Assembly: GCA_945872795.1 (NCBI GenBank)
Contig: CAMCAZ010000013.1
Span: 915-64,914, forward strand
Source of the DNA: Chryseobacterium gleum
GTDB taxonomy: Bacteria; Bacteroidota; Bacteroidia; Flavobacteriales_F; PHOS-HE28
Direction: 5' to 3'
DNA length: 64,000 nt
The stretch's first letter is position 1. Every line of letters starts with the position of its first letter. Below the pieces are notes generated by a model. It was not told the origin of the DNA, ran no database searches, and saw nothing but the letters and a program-made list of their open reading frames with translations. Both the position numbers and the translations under genes were made by a program. Of this stretch, positions 48,887-57,355 are shown in pieces.

Positions 48887-48971
48887 TCCTGTTGGTCATT
48901 GATCCCGGTCCATTGCGCGTCTTCAACCAGCTCATACCCACCTGAGCTCACCTCCACATGGTCACACGTAC

Positions 48972-49373
48972 CTATCCGTGTATCGCCTTCATGCGGTCGG
49001 CGATGTGATCGAACAGGTTCTTCAAGGGCTTCTCCACCATCATCTTGATGAAGGGGTTGATGTCGCCTTTGAACTCCTGCCATGCCGTGGTGACACCGCC
49101 ATCCTCCTTGAGCAACACATCCAGCGTGAAAGGGAAGGGGCTGCGTTCGGTGGCCTTCAGGATCACATGGTCGGGCGCTTCTCCGCCTGCCAGTTCGAGG
49201 CCGATGGTGGCTGCTCCCTGCACCTTGAACGAACAGGAACGCCCGTCGCTCTTCCACTCGCTGATCCGGTCCTGCGGGAGCAACTGCTGGAAGTTGTTCA
49301 TATCCTGAAGGAAGGTGTAAAGGTCCTGCGCCGGCTTGGCGATCTCCACCCGTTTGCTCTCTATCGTGGTCAT
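48972..49373 (-). CDS. SRPBCC/START-fold protein downstream of pyrE
   Basis: FL.D.NNF..L.P, NPF..MMV.KPL..L pattern; gene context. Confidence 0.7.
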   Translation of the reverse strand: MTTIESKRVEIAKPAQDLYTFLQDMNNFQQLLPQDRISEWKSDGRSCSFKVQGAATIGLELAGGEAPDHVILKATERSPFPFTLDVLLKEDGGVTTAWQEFKGDINPFIKMMVEKPLKNLFDHIADRMKAIHG

Positions 49374-49465
49374 GGTCCTGTGCGTGCTGGATGTTGGCTG
49401 GGGCACCGTTCCTCCGCGAGGGGGAGGGCCGCTGTTCGATGCTTTCCGATACTTGGCGCGAGCGC

Positions 49466-50119
49466 TCAGGCCTTCACCTGATCACCCCAGCCGGCGGGGT
49501 CCTTGCGCCATTCATTGAGCGGCAGCAGGTCCTTATCGGTGATGTAGTCGCTGCGCAGCGCCTGGTCCAGGAGCACGCTGTAGTTGGTGAGGGAGTGCAG
49601 CTGTACCTTGTTCTTCGCGAAGGCCTTGGTGGCCTCGTCGAAGCCATAGGTGAAGATGCTCACCATGCCCTTCACTTCAAGGCCGGCATCGCGCAGGGCC
49701 TGCACGGCGTTGAGGCTGCTCTTTCCGGTGCTCACCAGGTCCTCCACCACCACCACACTGCGTCCCACGGTCAGATCGCCCTCCACTTGGTTCTGCAGGC
49801 CGTGGCCCTTGGCATCGCTGCGAACGTAAAGGAAGGGAAGGCCCATGTCATGCGCCACCAATGCACCATGGGCAATTCCGCCGGTGGCCACACCCGCGAT
49901 GATGTCCGGACGGCCGAACTCGGTGTTGATGGCCTGGACGAACTGTTGGCGGATGAAGGTGCGGACGGCGGGGTAGGAAAGCGTCTTGCGGTTGTCGCAG
50001 TAAATGGGCGACTTCCAGCCCGATGCCCAGGTGTAGGGCCTCTTCGGACTAAGTTTGACGGCTTTGATCTGGAGAAGGAATTCGGCAACTTTAAGCGCCG
50101 GATCGAGCTGCGAAGGCAT
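49466..50119 (-). CDS. pyrE: Orotate phosphoribosyltransferase
   Basis: WASGWKSPIYCDNR, VVVEDLVSTGKSS. Confidence 0.97.
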   Translation of the reverse strand: MPSQLDPALKVAEFLLQIKAVKLSPKRPYTWASGWKSPIYCDNRKTLSYPAVRTFIRQQFVQAINTEFGRPDIIAGVATGGIAHGALVAHDMGLPFLYVRSDAKGHGLQNQVEGDLTVGRSVVVVEDLVSTGKSSLNAVQALRDAGLEVKGMVSIFTYGFDEATKAFAKNKVQLHSLTNYSVLLDQALRSDYITDKDLLPLNEWRKDPAGWGDQVKA

Positions 50120-50753
50120 GCAACGAAGGTACGAGGTTTTCATCGAGGGGCGTCCGCTGATCATCGGCGATAGCCCTGCGCAGAACCGGTTGGAGCCGGG
50201 CATTGAACAGGTCCATGTGCACGACGTGCGCGATCTGCAACGGGCCTTGGCCCTGCTGCGCGGCGGAAAAGGCCCGGGCGGTCTGTATATCCATGGTTCC
50301 GGGGCCGAAGCGCTGTGGGAGATGCTGCTCAGTGAGCACGTGTTCGTGCAGGCCGCCGGCGGTGCGGTGGTGGATGAAGTGGGCCGGCTGCTCGCCATCA
50401 AACGCTTGGGGAAATGGGACCTGCCCAAGGGCAAGGTCGATCGCGGGGAGGGTATAGAGGCTGCCGCGCTGCGCGAGGTGAACGAGGAATGTGGCCTGGT
50501 CACGTTGCGCACGCTGCAACCGCTCCCCACCACCTGGCACACCTACGAACGCAAGGGGAAGCAGCACCTCAAACGCACCGACTGGTACCTGATGCAGGGT
50601 TCGGACAAGGATGAACTGGTGCCGCAGCACGATGAGGATATCGAGGAGGTCCGCTGGATGGACCGTGACGAAGTGGAGGCGATGAAGGACGATACCTATC
50701 CCTCGTTGTTGCCGGTCATCGCGGCGTGGGAGGCGTGGCGCGCTCGTCCCTGA
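50118..50753 (+). CDS. NUDIX hydrolase
   Basis: WDLPKGK...GE....AALREV.EECG Nudix box. Confidence 0.9.
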   Translation: MQRRYEVFIEGRPLIIGDSPAQNRLEPGIEQVHVHDVRDLQRALALLRGGKGPGGLYIHGSGAEALWEMLLSEHVFVQAAGGAVVDEVGRLLAIKRLGKWDLPKGKVDRGEGIEAAALREVNEECGLVTLRTLQPLPTTWHTYERKGKQHLKRTDWYLMQGSDKDELVPQHDEDIEEVRWMDRDEVEAMKDDTYPSLLPVIAAWEAWRARP

Positions 50754-52263
50754 TGCCTTCGGGTTCCTCCCACACCTTGATGCGCTGATCCTGCTCCGTG
50801 GCCACCTTGGCCTGGTGGAACAGCCCCCCCAATCCGTTGCTGGGCAGGGGCGCCGGTGAGCGCGCGAGGATGCCATCGTTGAGCAGGAAGAAGGCGGGCA
50901 GGGAGCGCAGGCGCAGTTGATCGCGCAGTTCCTGGTCCGCCATGGCGCGCACCCAGGTGAAGTCCTGGCCGGTATGGGCCTTCCGGTAACTGCGCAGCTC
51001 GGCCGCACTGCTGTCCAGGCTGATACCGATGATGCGGATCGCGCCTTTGTATTCCTGGTGCAACTGTTCCAGTCCCACCATCTCCACCGCACAGTAGGTG
51101 CACCAACTGGCCGTCACCGCCAGGCATACCGGACCGTTGAACAGGCTGTCAAGATCCAATGGACGGTCCCGCTCATCCACCACCCGGAGGGCGGGCAACG
51201 CGGTGCCTTGGCGCATGGTGGTGAGGTCCCAGAGCATGTTGCCCGCGATACGCCGGTGTTCGGGGTATGCCGAACCGTCCCTTGCGCTCGTCAGGGTGCG
51301 CTCTACGCCGGCGCGGTCCAAGAGCTTGCCCGGGTGCTGCAGGTAGAGCTGGTCCAACAGCACCAGTTCGGCGAGCCGGTCATGTGCCCGAAGGAAGTCG
51401 TTCCGTTTGAAGTAGGCCTTCGCGCCCTCCAGGTCACCCGCGCGCAGTCGCTGCTGCAGGCTGTCACCCGTGTCGCGCAGCACCTGTGATGGCAGCAGGT
51501 CAGCGAAGAAGCTGCGCAGGAAACGCAGGTATTCGGGATCGTCGTAGTGCACGGCACCGTTGGCCAGGTAGCGTTCGTACAAGGTCTTGTCGTTCGCCCG
51601 GGGGCCATGGCGGAGGCCGGCCATGCTGAAGTGTCGGTAGTGGGTGAACCAGGCATCGTCCACGCCGCGGTAGAAGCGCTCCAGTTTCTGCTCGAAGGTG
51701 TCCACGCGGATCTCCGACCAGGTCGGCATCACGAACAGGGTAGGCGGGCGTTCGGTGCTGTCGCGCTGCTGGTCACCTTGCTGGCGGGTCACCTCCAGCG
51801 CCTGCATGCCGGCTGCACGGTCGGTGGCGAGGTCCTCGGCGATGAAGTCGTCCACGCGTTCGTTCAGGTCCGCGGTGAGCGCGTTCACGTCCAGGGGGGA
51901 AAGGTCGGTGAACTCCAGGTCGGCCCTGGTGGTGCCGCTCAGGCTGCGCGCGGCCCGGGTGGGCAGCACGCGGATGTTCAGCACATGCTCGCTGCGCAGG
52001 TAAAGGTCGCTGGTGATGTCGCCGATGCGCAGCTGCACCCGGTGCGTGAGGTCCGATTCCACCTCTCCGCTGAGCGTGGCCTTTCCGGTGGAGTCGAGCA
52101 GGGCACGCGTCAACAGCACTGTGCGCAGGGTCAGCAGGTCGTCGTAACGGAGGAGCGTCACCACCTCCCCGGCCACGTGGGGTGCCTGCACATGGATCGT
52201 GAAGGTCCCGGCCAGGGCCCAGGTCCTGGCGAGAAGGGTCAACAGGATCAGGGCAGTTCTCAT
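50716..52263 (-). CDS. TlpA/thioredoxin-like disulfide reductase with long N-domain
   Basis: Signal peptide; ASWCTYC, IGISLD, SLP.F.L. Confidence 0.8.
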   Translation of the reverse strand: MRTALILLTLLARTWALAGTFTIHVQAPHVAGEVVTLLRYDDLLTLRTVLLTRALLDSTGKATLSGEVESDLTHRVQLRIGDITSDLYLRSEHVLNIRVLPTRAARSLSGTTRADLEFTDLSPLDVNALTADLNERVDDFIAEDLATDRAAGMQALEVTRQQGDQQRDSTERPPTLFVMPTWSEIRVDTFEQKLERFYRGVDDAWFTHYRHFSMAGLRHGPRANDKTLYERYLANGAVHYDDPEYLRFLRSFFADLLPSQVLRDTGDSLQQRLRAGDLEGAKAYFKRNDFLRAHDRLAELVLLDQLYLQHPGKLLDRAGVERTLTSARDGSAYPEHRRIAGNMLWDLTTMRQGTALPALRVVDERDRPLDLDSLFNGPVCLAVTASWCTYCAVEMVGLEQLHQEYKGAIRIIGISLDSSAAELRSYRKAHTGQDFTWVRAMADQELRDQLRLRSLPAFFLLNDGILARSPAPLPSNGLGGLFHQAKVATEQDQRIKVWEEPEGIRDERATPPTPR

Positions 52264-52266
52264 CGG

Positions 52267-52728
52267 TCAGCGCTGCGGAAGCCGCATGGGTATCAACGCG
52301 GAGACATCGGCCTTATTGGCGATGAGCTCACGCACGATGGTGCTGCTGATGTGCGCATGCTCCGGCGCGCTGGGCAGGAAGATGGTCTCCACCCCCGTGA
52401 GCTGCCGGTTCATCAGGGCGATGCTCCGCTCGTAACCGTGGTCCGTGCTGTTCCGCAGGCCGCGCAGGATGAAGTCGGCGCCCACCCGTCGGCAGAGGTC
52501 CACCGTCAGGCCTTCGAAGGGGACCACTTCAACCTGGGGATGCGCGATGAAAGCTTCGTTTATCCAGGCCGTTCGTTCATCGGGACTGAACATGGTGCGT
52601 TTGGTGGAGTTCACGCCCATGCCTACGATGATACGCTCGAACAGGGGCAGCGCACGTTCCACGATGGATACATGGCCCAGGGTGATCGGGTCGAAGGTTC
52701 CGGGGAATACCGCGATGGGTCGGCTCAT
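52267..52728 (-). CDS. coaD: Phosphopantetheine adenylyltransferase
   Basis: FPGTFDPITLGH, LRGLR, ISST.VRE. Confidence 0.97.
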   Translation of the reverse strand: MSRPIAVFPGTFDPITLGHVSIVERALPLFERIIVGMGVNSTKRTMFSPDERTAWINEAFIAHPQVEVVPFEGLTVDLCRRVGADFILRGLRNSTDHGYERSIALMNRQLTGVETIFLPSAPEHAHISSTIVRELIANKADVSALIPMRLPQR

Positions 52729-53273
52729 GGTGCGGGTGTTGGACCGAAGAAGCTGAACTGCACGGTGCCATAGCTGCGCGTGCGCTGATAGCCGGGCAGT
52801 GCGCTCATGTCCATGCGCTCATGATGCTCCACGATCAGCGTGCCTTCCGTGCCGAGCAGTCCGGCCTCCAGGACCAAGGTAGGGATCCGCTCGATGCCTT
52901 CCATGTGGAAGGGAGGGTCGGCGAAGATGATGTCGTACAGACCGCGATGACCCTTGATGAAGGTGAACACGTCCGCCTTCAGGGCGCGCCACTGCTTCTC
53001 CAGCTGCAGTTCCTTGGCCGTGCGCTGCAGGAAGGCATGCAGCACACGGTCCTGCTCCACGGAGAGCACATCGGCCGCACCGCGGGAAAGGAATTCCAGC
53101 GAGATGCTGCCGGTGCCGGCGAAGAGGTCCAGCACGCGGATATCCTCCAGTGCCGAGCTGTGCTGCAGCACGTTGAAGAGGCCCTCCTTGGCGTAGTCCG
53201 TAGTGGGCCGCGCCTCCATGCTGTTCGGCGGGTTGATGCGCCGGTTGCGGAAACGGCCTCCTACGACACGCAT
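52725..53273 (-). CDS. rsmD: 16S rRNA m2G966 methyltransferase
   Basis: RPTTD..KE.LFN, LDLFAGTG, FADPPF, R.YG. Confidence 0.93.
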   Translation of the reverse strand: MRVVGGRFRNRRINPPNSMEARPTTDYAKEGLFNVLQHSSALEDIRVLDLFAGTGSISLEFLSRGAADVLSVEQDRVLHAFLQRTAKELQLEKQWRALKADVFTFIKGHRGLYDIIFADPPFHMEGIERIPTLVLEAGLLGTEGTLIVEHHERMDMSALPGYQRTRSYGTVQFSFFGPTPAP

Positions 53274-54061
53274 GCGAATTGGTCAAGTGCGGCCAGCCAG
53301 CGTTCCGGCGCGGCAGCCTCGGTGGGGTGCAGTTCGCTCCATCCAGCACCCGAGGCGGGTACACAGTGGGTGAAATACCGGCGCAGCAGGTCGATGTCCG
53401 GCTTGCCCGCGTGCGTGCCGCACAGTTGCAGCTCGGTGCTCGCGGGGTCCAGGGCGGTGGCCTCCGCGGCCAGCAGCACGAAGTAGAGCACATCGTTCAC
53501 CGAACGGGTGGGGTAGGAGTTGCTCAGCACCAGGCGGCCCTCTTTCATCACGTTCACGTCCAACCGTTCGGCGGTGCGGTGCGCAAGGATGATCGGCGTG
53601 CGTCCATGCCGCGCCGCCACGGCCCGCACCAATACTCCGTGCAGGGGAAGCGCCCGGGCGTTTGGGTAGCGGTTCAGCACACCACGCTCGGTGATGTCGT
53701 CGTGCACATAGATGCAGGTGGCCGCGAGCGGTGCGATGGGCTCATCACGCATGGCACCCGTGGGGATCCCGCCATGCACCAGCTTCAGGTGAAGGGCCTC
53801 GGTGCCGGGCACCAGGGCCGCATCGGGCACCAGCGCGCTCCACTCGGGAAGCGATACGAAGGATACCGATACGGGGCGTTGCGGCAACAGGTCGTCGCGC
53901 AGGGCCTGATCGCCCTTGCCCCAGCCCAGGGCCATCACCGCGCCGTTCGAAAGGTCGTGTGCGGCCCATGCACTCACCTCCTGGCCGATGAGCAGGCTCA
54001 GGTGATAGGTGCGTTCCTGGTCCGGCACGTACCGGGATGCTGTGCAGCTCCCGCGTTCCAT
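53261..54061 (-). CDS. DUF3822-family protein
   Basis: Y.LS, LVP, N.Y.....D.LYF pattern; position upstream of rsmD as in other Bacteroidota. Confidence 0.7.
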   Translation of the reverse strand: MERGSCTASRYVPDQERTYHLSLLIGQEVSAWAAHDLSNGAVMALGWGKGDQALRDDLLPQRPVSVSFVSLPEWSALVPDAALVPGTEALHLKLVHGGIPTGAMRDEPIAPLAATCIYVHDDITERGVLNRYPNARALPLHGVLVRAVAARHGRTPIILAHRTAERLDVNVMKEGRLVLSNSYPTRSVNDVLYFVLLAAEATALDPASTELQLCGTHAGKPDIDLLRRYFTHCVPASGAGWSELHPTEAAAPERWLAALDQFACVS

Positions 54062-54065
54062 GGGG

Positions 54066-54818
54066 TTATTCCCCGCTCCAGTTACCTGCGGTGCTGGGCT
54101 TCTCCATGTTGCCCACCATCAGCGTATCACCTTCCACCAGCGGGGTCGGGTCCTTGGCGATGAACACCGGCACGTTGCGGTTGCTGCTGCTGATGCTGCC
54201 CGCCTTCAACAGGAAGGGCTGCTGGCTCACGGGCGACTTCCCGAAGGTGTTGGGGTCGAAGGGATAGACACGGCCCTCTTGGGCACGCGCCGTCCGGAAC
54301 AGCGAATCCAGCGCGGGAGCCATCAGGGTGTCGCGCACGATCAGTTTCAGGTCGAGGGCCTCGATCTCCGTCAAGGTATCAGGTACCTGTCCCACGGACC
54401 GTACCATGGGGATCTGGCCGCTGGTCACGAACCCGCGCAGCACCTCGATATTGCCGGTGAACACCCCGTTGGCCTGGCGGTAGCCGATCTGTGCCGTGCG
54501 GATGTCCTTCAGGGCCTGGATGATCTTGCTGTCGTTGATCTTCTTCATTTCGGTGAACTCCAGCACCTCCTTCACCGAGCGGTAGTTGCGGTAGGTAAGG
54601 CCCACGGCCATGAGGCCGAACACCACGCCCAGCATCATGCCGGTCTTGCGAGTGATGGTCCCCATCTGCAGCAGGAGACTGATGACACCGGTCATCAGGG
54701 CGAGGCCTGAACCCAGCATCACCCAGGAGTTCTGCCCCTGCATGGCACCTACGATCAGCAGCACGCCACCAAGGATGATCAGGAGGGCGGGAAAGAAATA
54801 GCTCGTCAGATTCTTCAT
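54066..54818 (-). CDS. Conserved membrane-anchored hypothetical protein
   Basis: Three N-terminal TM helices, L.DIR.AQ..Y, C-terminal VG......T.GNW. Confidence 0.8.
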   Translation of the reverse strand: MKNLTSYFFPALLIILGGVLLIVGAMQGQNSWVMLGSGLALMTGVISLLLQMGTITRKTGMMLGVVFGLMAVGLTYRNYRSVKEVLEFTEMKKINDSKIIQALKDIRTAQIGYRQANGVFTGNIEVLRGFVTSGQIPMVRSVGQVPDTLTEIEALDLKLIVRDTLMAPALDSLFRTARAQEGRVYPFDPNTFGKSPVSQQPFLLKAGSISSSNRNVPVFIAKDPTPLVEGDTLMVGNMEKPSTAGNWSGE

Positions 54819-54929
54819 CGGATGGGTCTCGGTAAGCATTCCGAGGCGGCCAAAAGTAAGATAATTTCACCCCGTCCATCGGGCGTTCCCTGTGCCCTTC
54901 ACCCCGTTCCCCCGATCGCCCCGGCCAGC

Positions 54930-56390
54930 ATGTCCATCCTTCCCACCTCTGGGATCTCCCATCGCCTGCTCGAGGCCCTGGGCCATCCGCCCACGGAAGG
55001 CCAGCGTCGGGCGGCGTCCGCCTTGGAACGACTGCTGCTCACCGATCGGCCGCAGGCCACGCTGGTGCTGAAAGGCTACGCGGGCACGGGAAAGACCACC
55101 CTGGTGGGAGCCCTGGTGCGGGTGCTGGCCAGTGAGCGCCGACCGGTGGTGCTGCTGGCCCCCACGGGCCGGGCCGCCAAGGTGCTCAGCAGCTATGCCC
55201 AGGCACCGGCCAGCACCATCCATCGGCGCATCTATCGCATGGCCGACGAGGACGGGGGCTTCTCGCGCATGTCCGTGGCCCCCCACAAGGACCGCAACGC
55301 CCTGTTCGTGGTGGATGAGGCATCGATGATCGGCCGCGATGGGGGGACGGATGGCGACTTCACCCGCCGCGACCTGCTCACCGACCTCTTCGAGCACATC
55401 TTCAGCGTGCCCGGTTCCAAGCTGTTGCTCATCGGTGATCCCGCCCAGTTGCCGCCCGTGGGCAGTGACCACAGTCCGGCGCTGGAGGTGGCCGATCTGC
55501 GCAACCTGGGCCTCACGGCCGGTGTCATCGAGCTCACCGATGTGGTGCGGCAGTCCGGCGCATCCGGCATTCTGGTGAACGCCACCGCCCTTCGCGAGCA
55601 GCTGCGCGGAACAGCCGACACACCGGAGGACGACCCCGTTACGCCCTCCACCTACCTGCCCCGGTTCCAGACCTTCCCCGATGTGCTCCGGGTGGATGGC
55701 CACGACCTGCAGGACGCGCTGGAGGATGCCTATGGAAGCGAGGGCCCGGACGAGGTGTGCGTCATCACGCGCAGCAACAAGCGGGCCTATCAGTACGGTC
55801 AGCAGGTGCGATCACGCATCTACGGTTATGAGGAGGAACTGTGCGGCGGCGACCGCTTGATGGTGGTGAAGAACAACTACTTCTGGGCGGGCAGGAACGG
55901 CAGACCGGAGCTGATCGCCAACGGCGAGCCCATCGAGGTGCGCCGAGTGCATGGGGTTGAGGAGCGGCATGGCCTGCGCTTCGCCGATATCACCGCCTCC
56001 TGGTGGAACGGCATGGAGGAACGCGAATTGGAGGTGAAGGTGATGCTGGATGTCCTGGCCATCGAGGCACCGGCACTGCCACAGCCACGCCAGAAACTAC
56101 TTACAGAGAGCGTGCTCGCCGAGCAGGTGGTGCTGACCAAAGCGGCCCGCTACCGCATGCTGCGCGAGGATCCCTATGCGAATGCGCTTCAGGTGAAGTA
56201 TGGTTACGCCGTCACGGCCCACAAGGCGCAGGGCGGACAGTGGCGCACGGTCTTCGTGGACCAGGGATATGTCACCGAGGAGATGATCGACCGCGAATAC
56301 GTGCGCTGGCTGTACACGGCAATGACCCGCGCGAGCCACCGGCTCTATCTGCTGAATTTCCACCCCCGGTTCTGGGGAGAGGAGGCGTGA
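54930..56390 (+). CDS. RecD-like ATP-dependent DNA helicase
   Basis: GYAGTGKTT, LAPTGRAA, VDEASM, GDPAQLPPV, YA.T.HKAQG, YTA.TRA. Confidence 0.92.
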   Translation: MSILPTSGISHRLLEALGHPPTEGQRRAASALERLLLTDRPQATLVLKGYAGTGKTTLVGALVRVLASERRPVVLLAPTGRAAKVLSSYAQAPASTIHRRIYRMADEDGGFSRMSVAPHKDRNALFVVDEASMIGRDGGTDGDFTRRDLLTDLFEHIFSVPGSKLLLIGDPAQLPPVGSDHSPALEVADLRNLGLTAGVIELTDVVRQSGASGILVNATALREQLRGTADTPEDDPVTPSTYLPRFQTFPDVLRVDGHDLQDALEDAYGSEGPDEVCVITRSNKRAYQYGQQVRSRIYGYEEELCGGDRLMVVKNNYFWAGRNGRPELIANGEPIEVRRVHGVEERHGLRFADITASWWNGMEERELEVKVMLDVLAIEAPALPQPRQKLLTESVLAEQVVLTKAARYRMLREDPYANALQVKYGYAVTAHKAQGGQWRTVFVDQGYVTEEMIDREYVRWLYTAMTRASHRLYLLNFHPRFWGEEA

Positions 56391-56402
56391 TCGGAATTCT
56401 CA

Positions 56403-56563
56403 GAGCCTGTTCAAGATCTCTTGCACGATGGACCTCGCGACTATGTTGAGGTCAGGCGAGACCGAAAAAATTCTGCGTAGCGGTGCCTACGGGGAATTTT
56501 TTCGGCGAAGCATGGGCTCAAAGTAGGTCGAGGAACGCGTGTGAAGAGATCTTGAACAGGCTC
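56403..56563. mobile_element. MITE (161 bp) with perfect 20-bp TIRs and 3-bp TCA duplication, IS5-like ends
   Basis: GAGCCTGTTCAAGATCTCTT ... AAGAGATCTTGAACAGGCTC flanked by TCA on both sides. Confidence 0.85.
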
Positions 56564-56587
56564 TCAGAAGGCAGACGAGGTCAAGGT

Positions 56588-57355
56588 TCAGCTGATGGCT
56601 CCCTGATAGAGCTCCGCCATCACCGCCTTCCCGGGCAGCGCCAGGCTCAGGATGTGTTCGGGGCCGATATGCCAGGTCCGCACATGGTACTGGGGCGCCG
56701 CCAAGGCCACAAAGGCCTCGTGTCCGATCAGCAGGTGGTTCACCGCTTCGTTCACGCGGAGCAGCTTCAGGTCGTCCATGATGCCCACCCCGCTGGCCTT
56801 CAGCACGGCCTCCTTGCGGGTCCAGAGTTCCAGGAATCGACGTTTGCCATCCGTTGCGGACGCGATATCGTCGCTCTCCTCGGGGGTGAAGTAGTGCTCA
56901 CCCACGGCCACATGGTCCACCGAACGGGTGGTGGTCTCCAGGTCGATGCCCAGTTCGTGGTGGCCCACGGCGATGGCCAGGGCGTCCTTGGTATCGCTGA
57001 GGTTGAAGTGCAGTGGATGGCCTTGCAGGAAAGGCTTGCCATGCGCACCACGGGAGAATCGGAGCTGGGCCGGGTCCTCGTGGAGGTAATGGCCCAGCAC
57101 CTGCCGCAACAGGCCGTGAGCGAGTAGGAAGCGTTCCTGGTCCACCGGAAATCTGAAGCGCGCATAGCGTTCGCGTTCCAAAGGGTCCAGCAGGGCCATG
57201 AACGCATCAGCCCGGTGACGCAGCGACGCGAGCGTGGCCGTGTGCAGGTGCACCTCGTCAGCCTTGGGCGCCGCACCCTTCCACGCGCCCGGTACTGCCA
57301 GCAGTGGACCTTGGCAATGGATGGTGAGCGCCTGTCGCGAGCGGTCCATGGTCAC
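56588..57355 (-). CDS. Sfp-type 4'-phosphopantetheinyl transferase
   Basis: HGKP, FNLS, LGIDLE, WTRKEAVLKA.G.G. Confidence 0.93.
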   Translation of the reverse strand: MTMDRSRQALTIHCQGPLLAVPGAWKGAAPKADEVHLHTATLASLRHRADAFMALLDPLERERYARFRFPVDQERFLLAHGLLRQVLGHYLHEDPAQLRFSRGAHGKPFLQGHPLHFNLSDTKDALAIAVGHHELGIDLETTTRSVDHVAVGEHYFTPEESDDIASATDGKRRFLELWTRKEAVLKASGVGIMDDLKLLRVNEAVNHLLIGHEAFVALAAPQYHVRTWHIGPEHILSLALPGKAVMAELYQGAIS

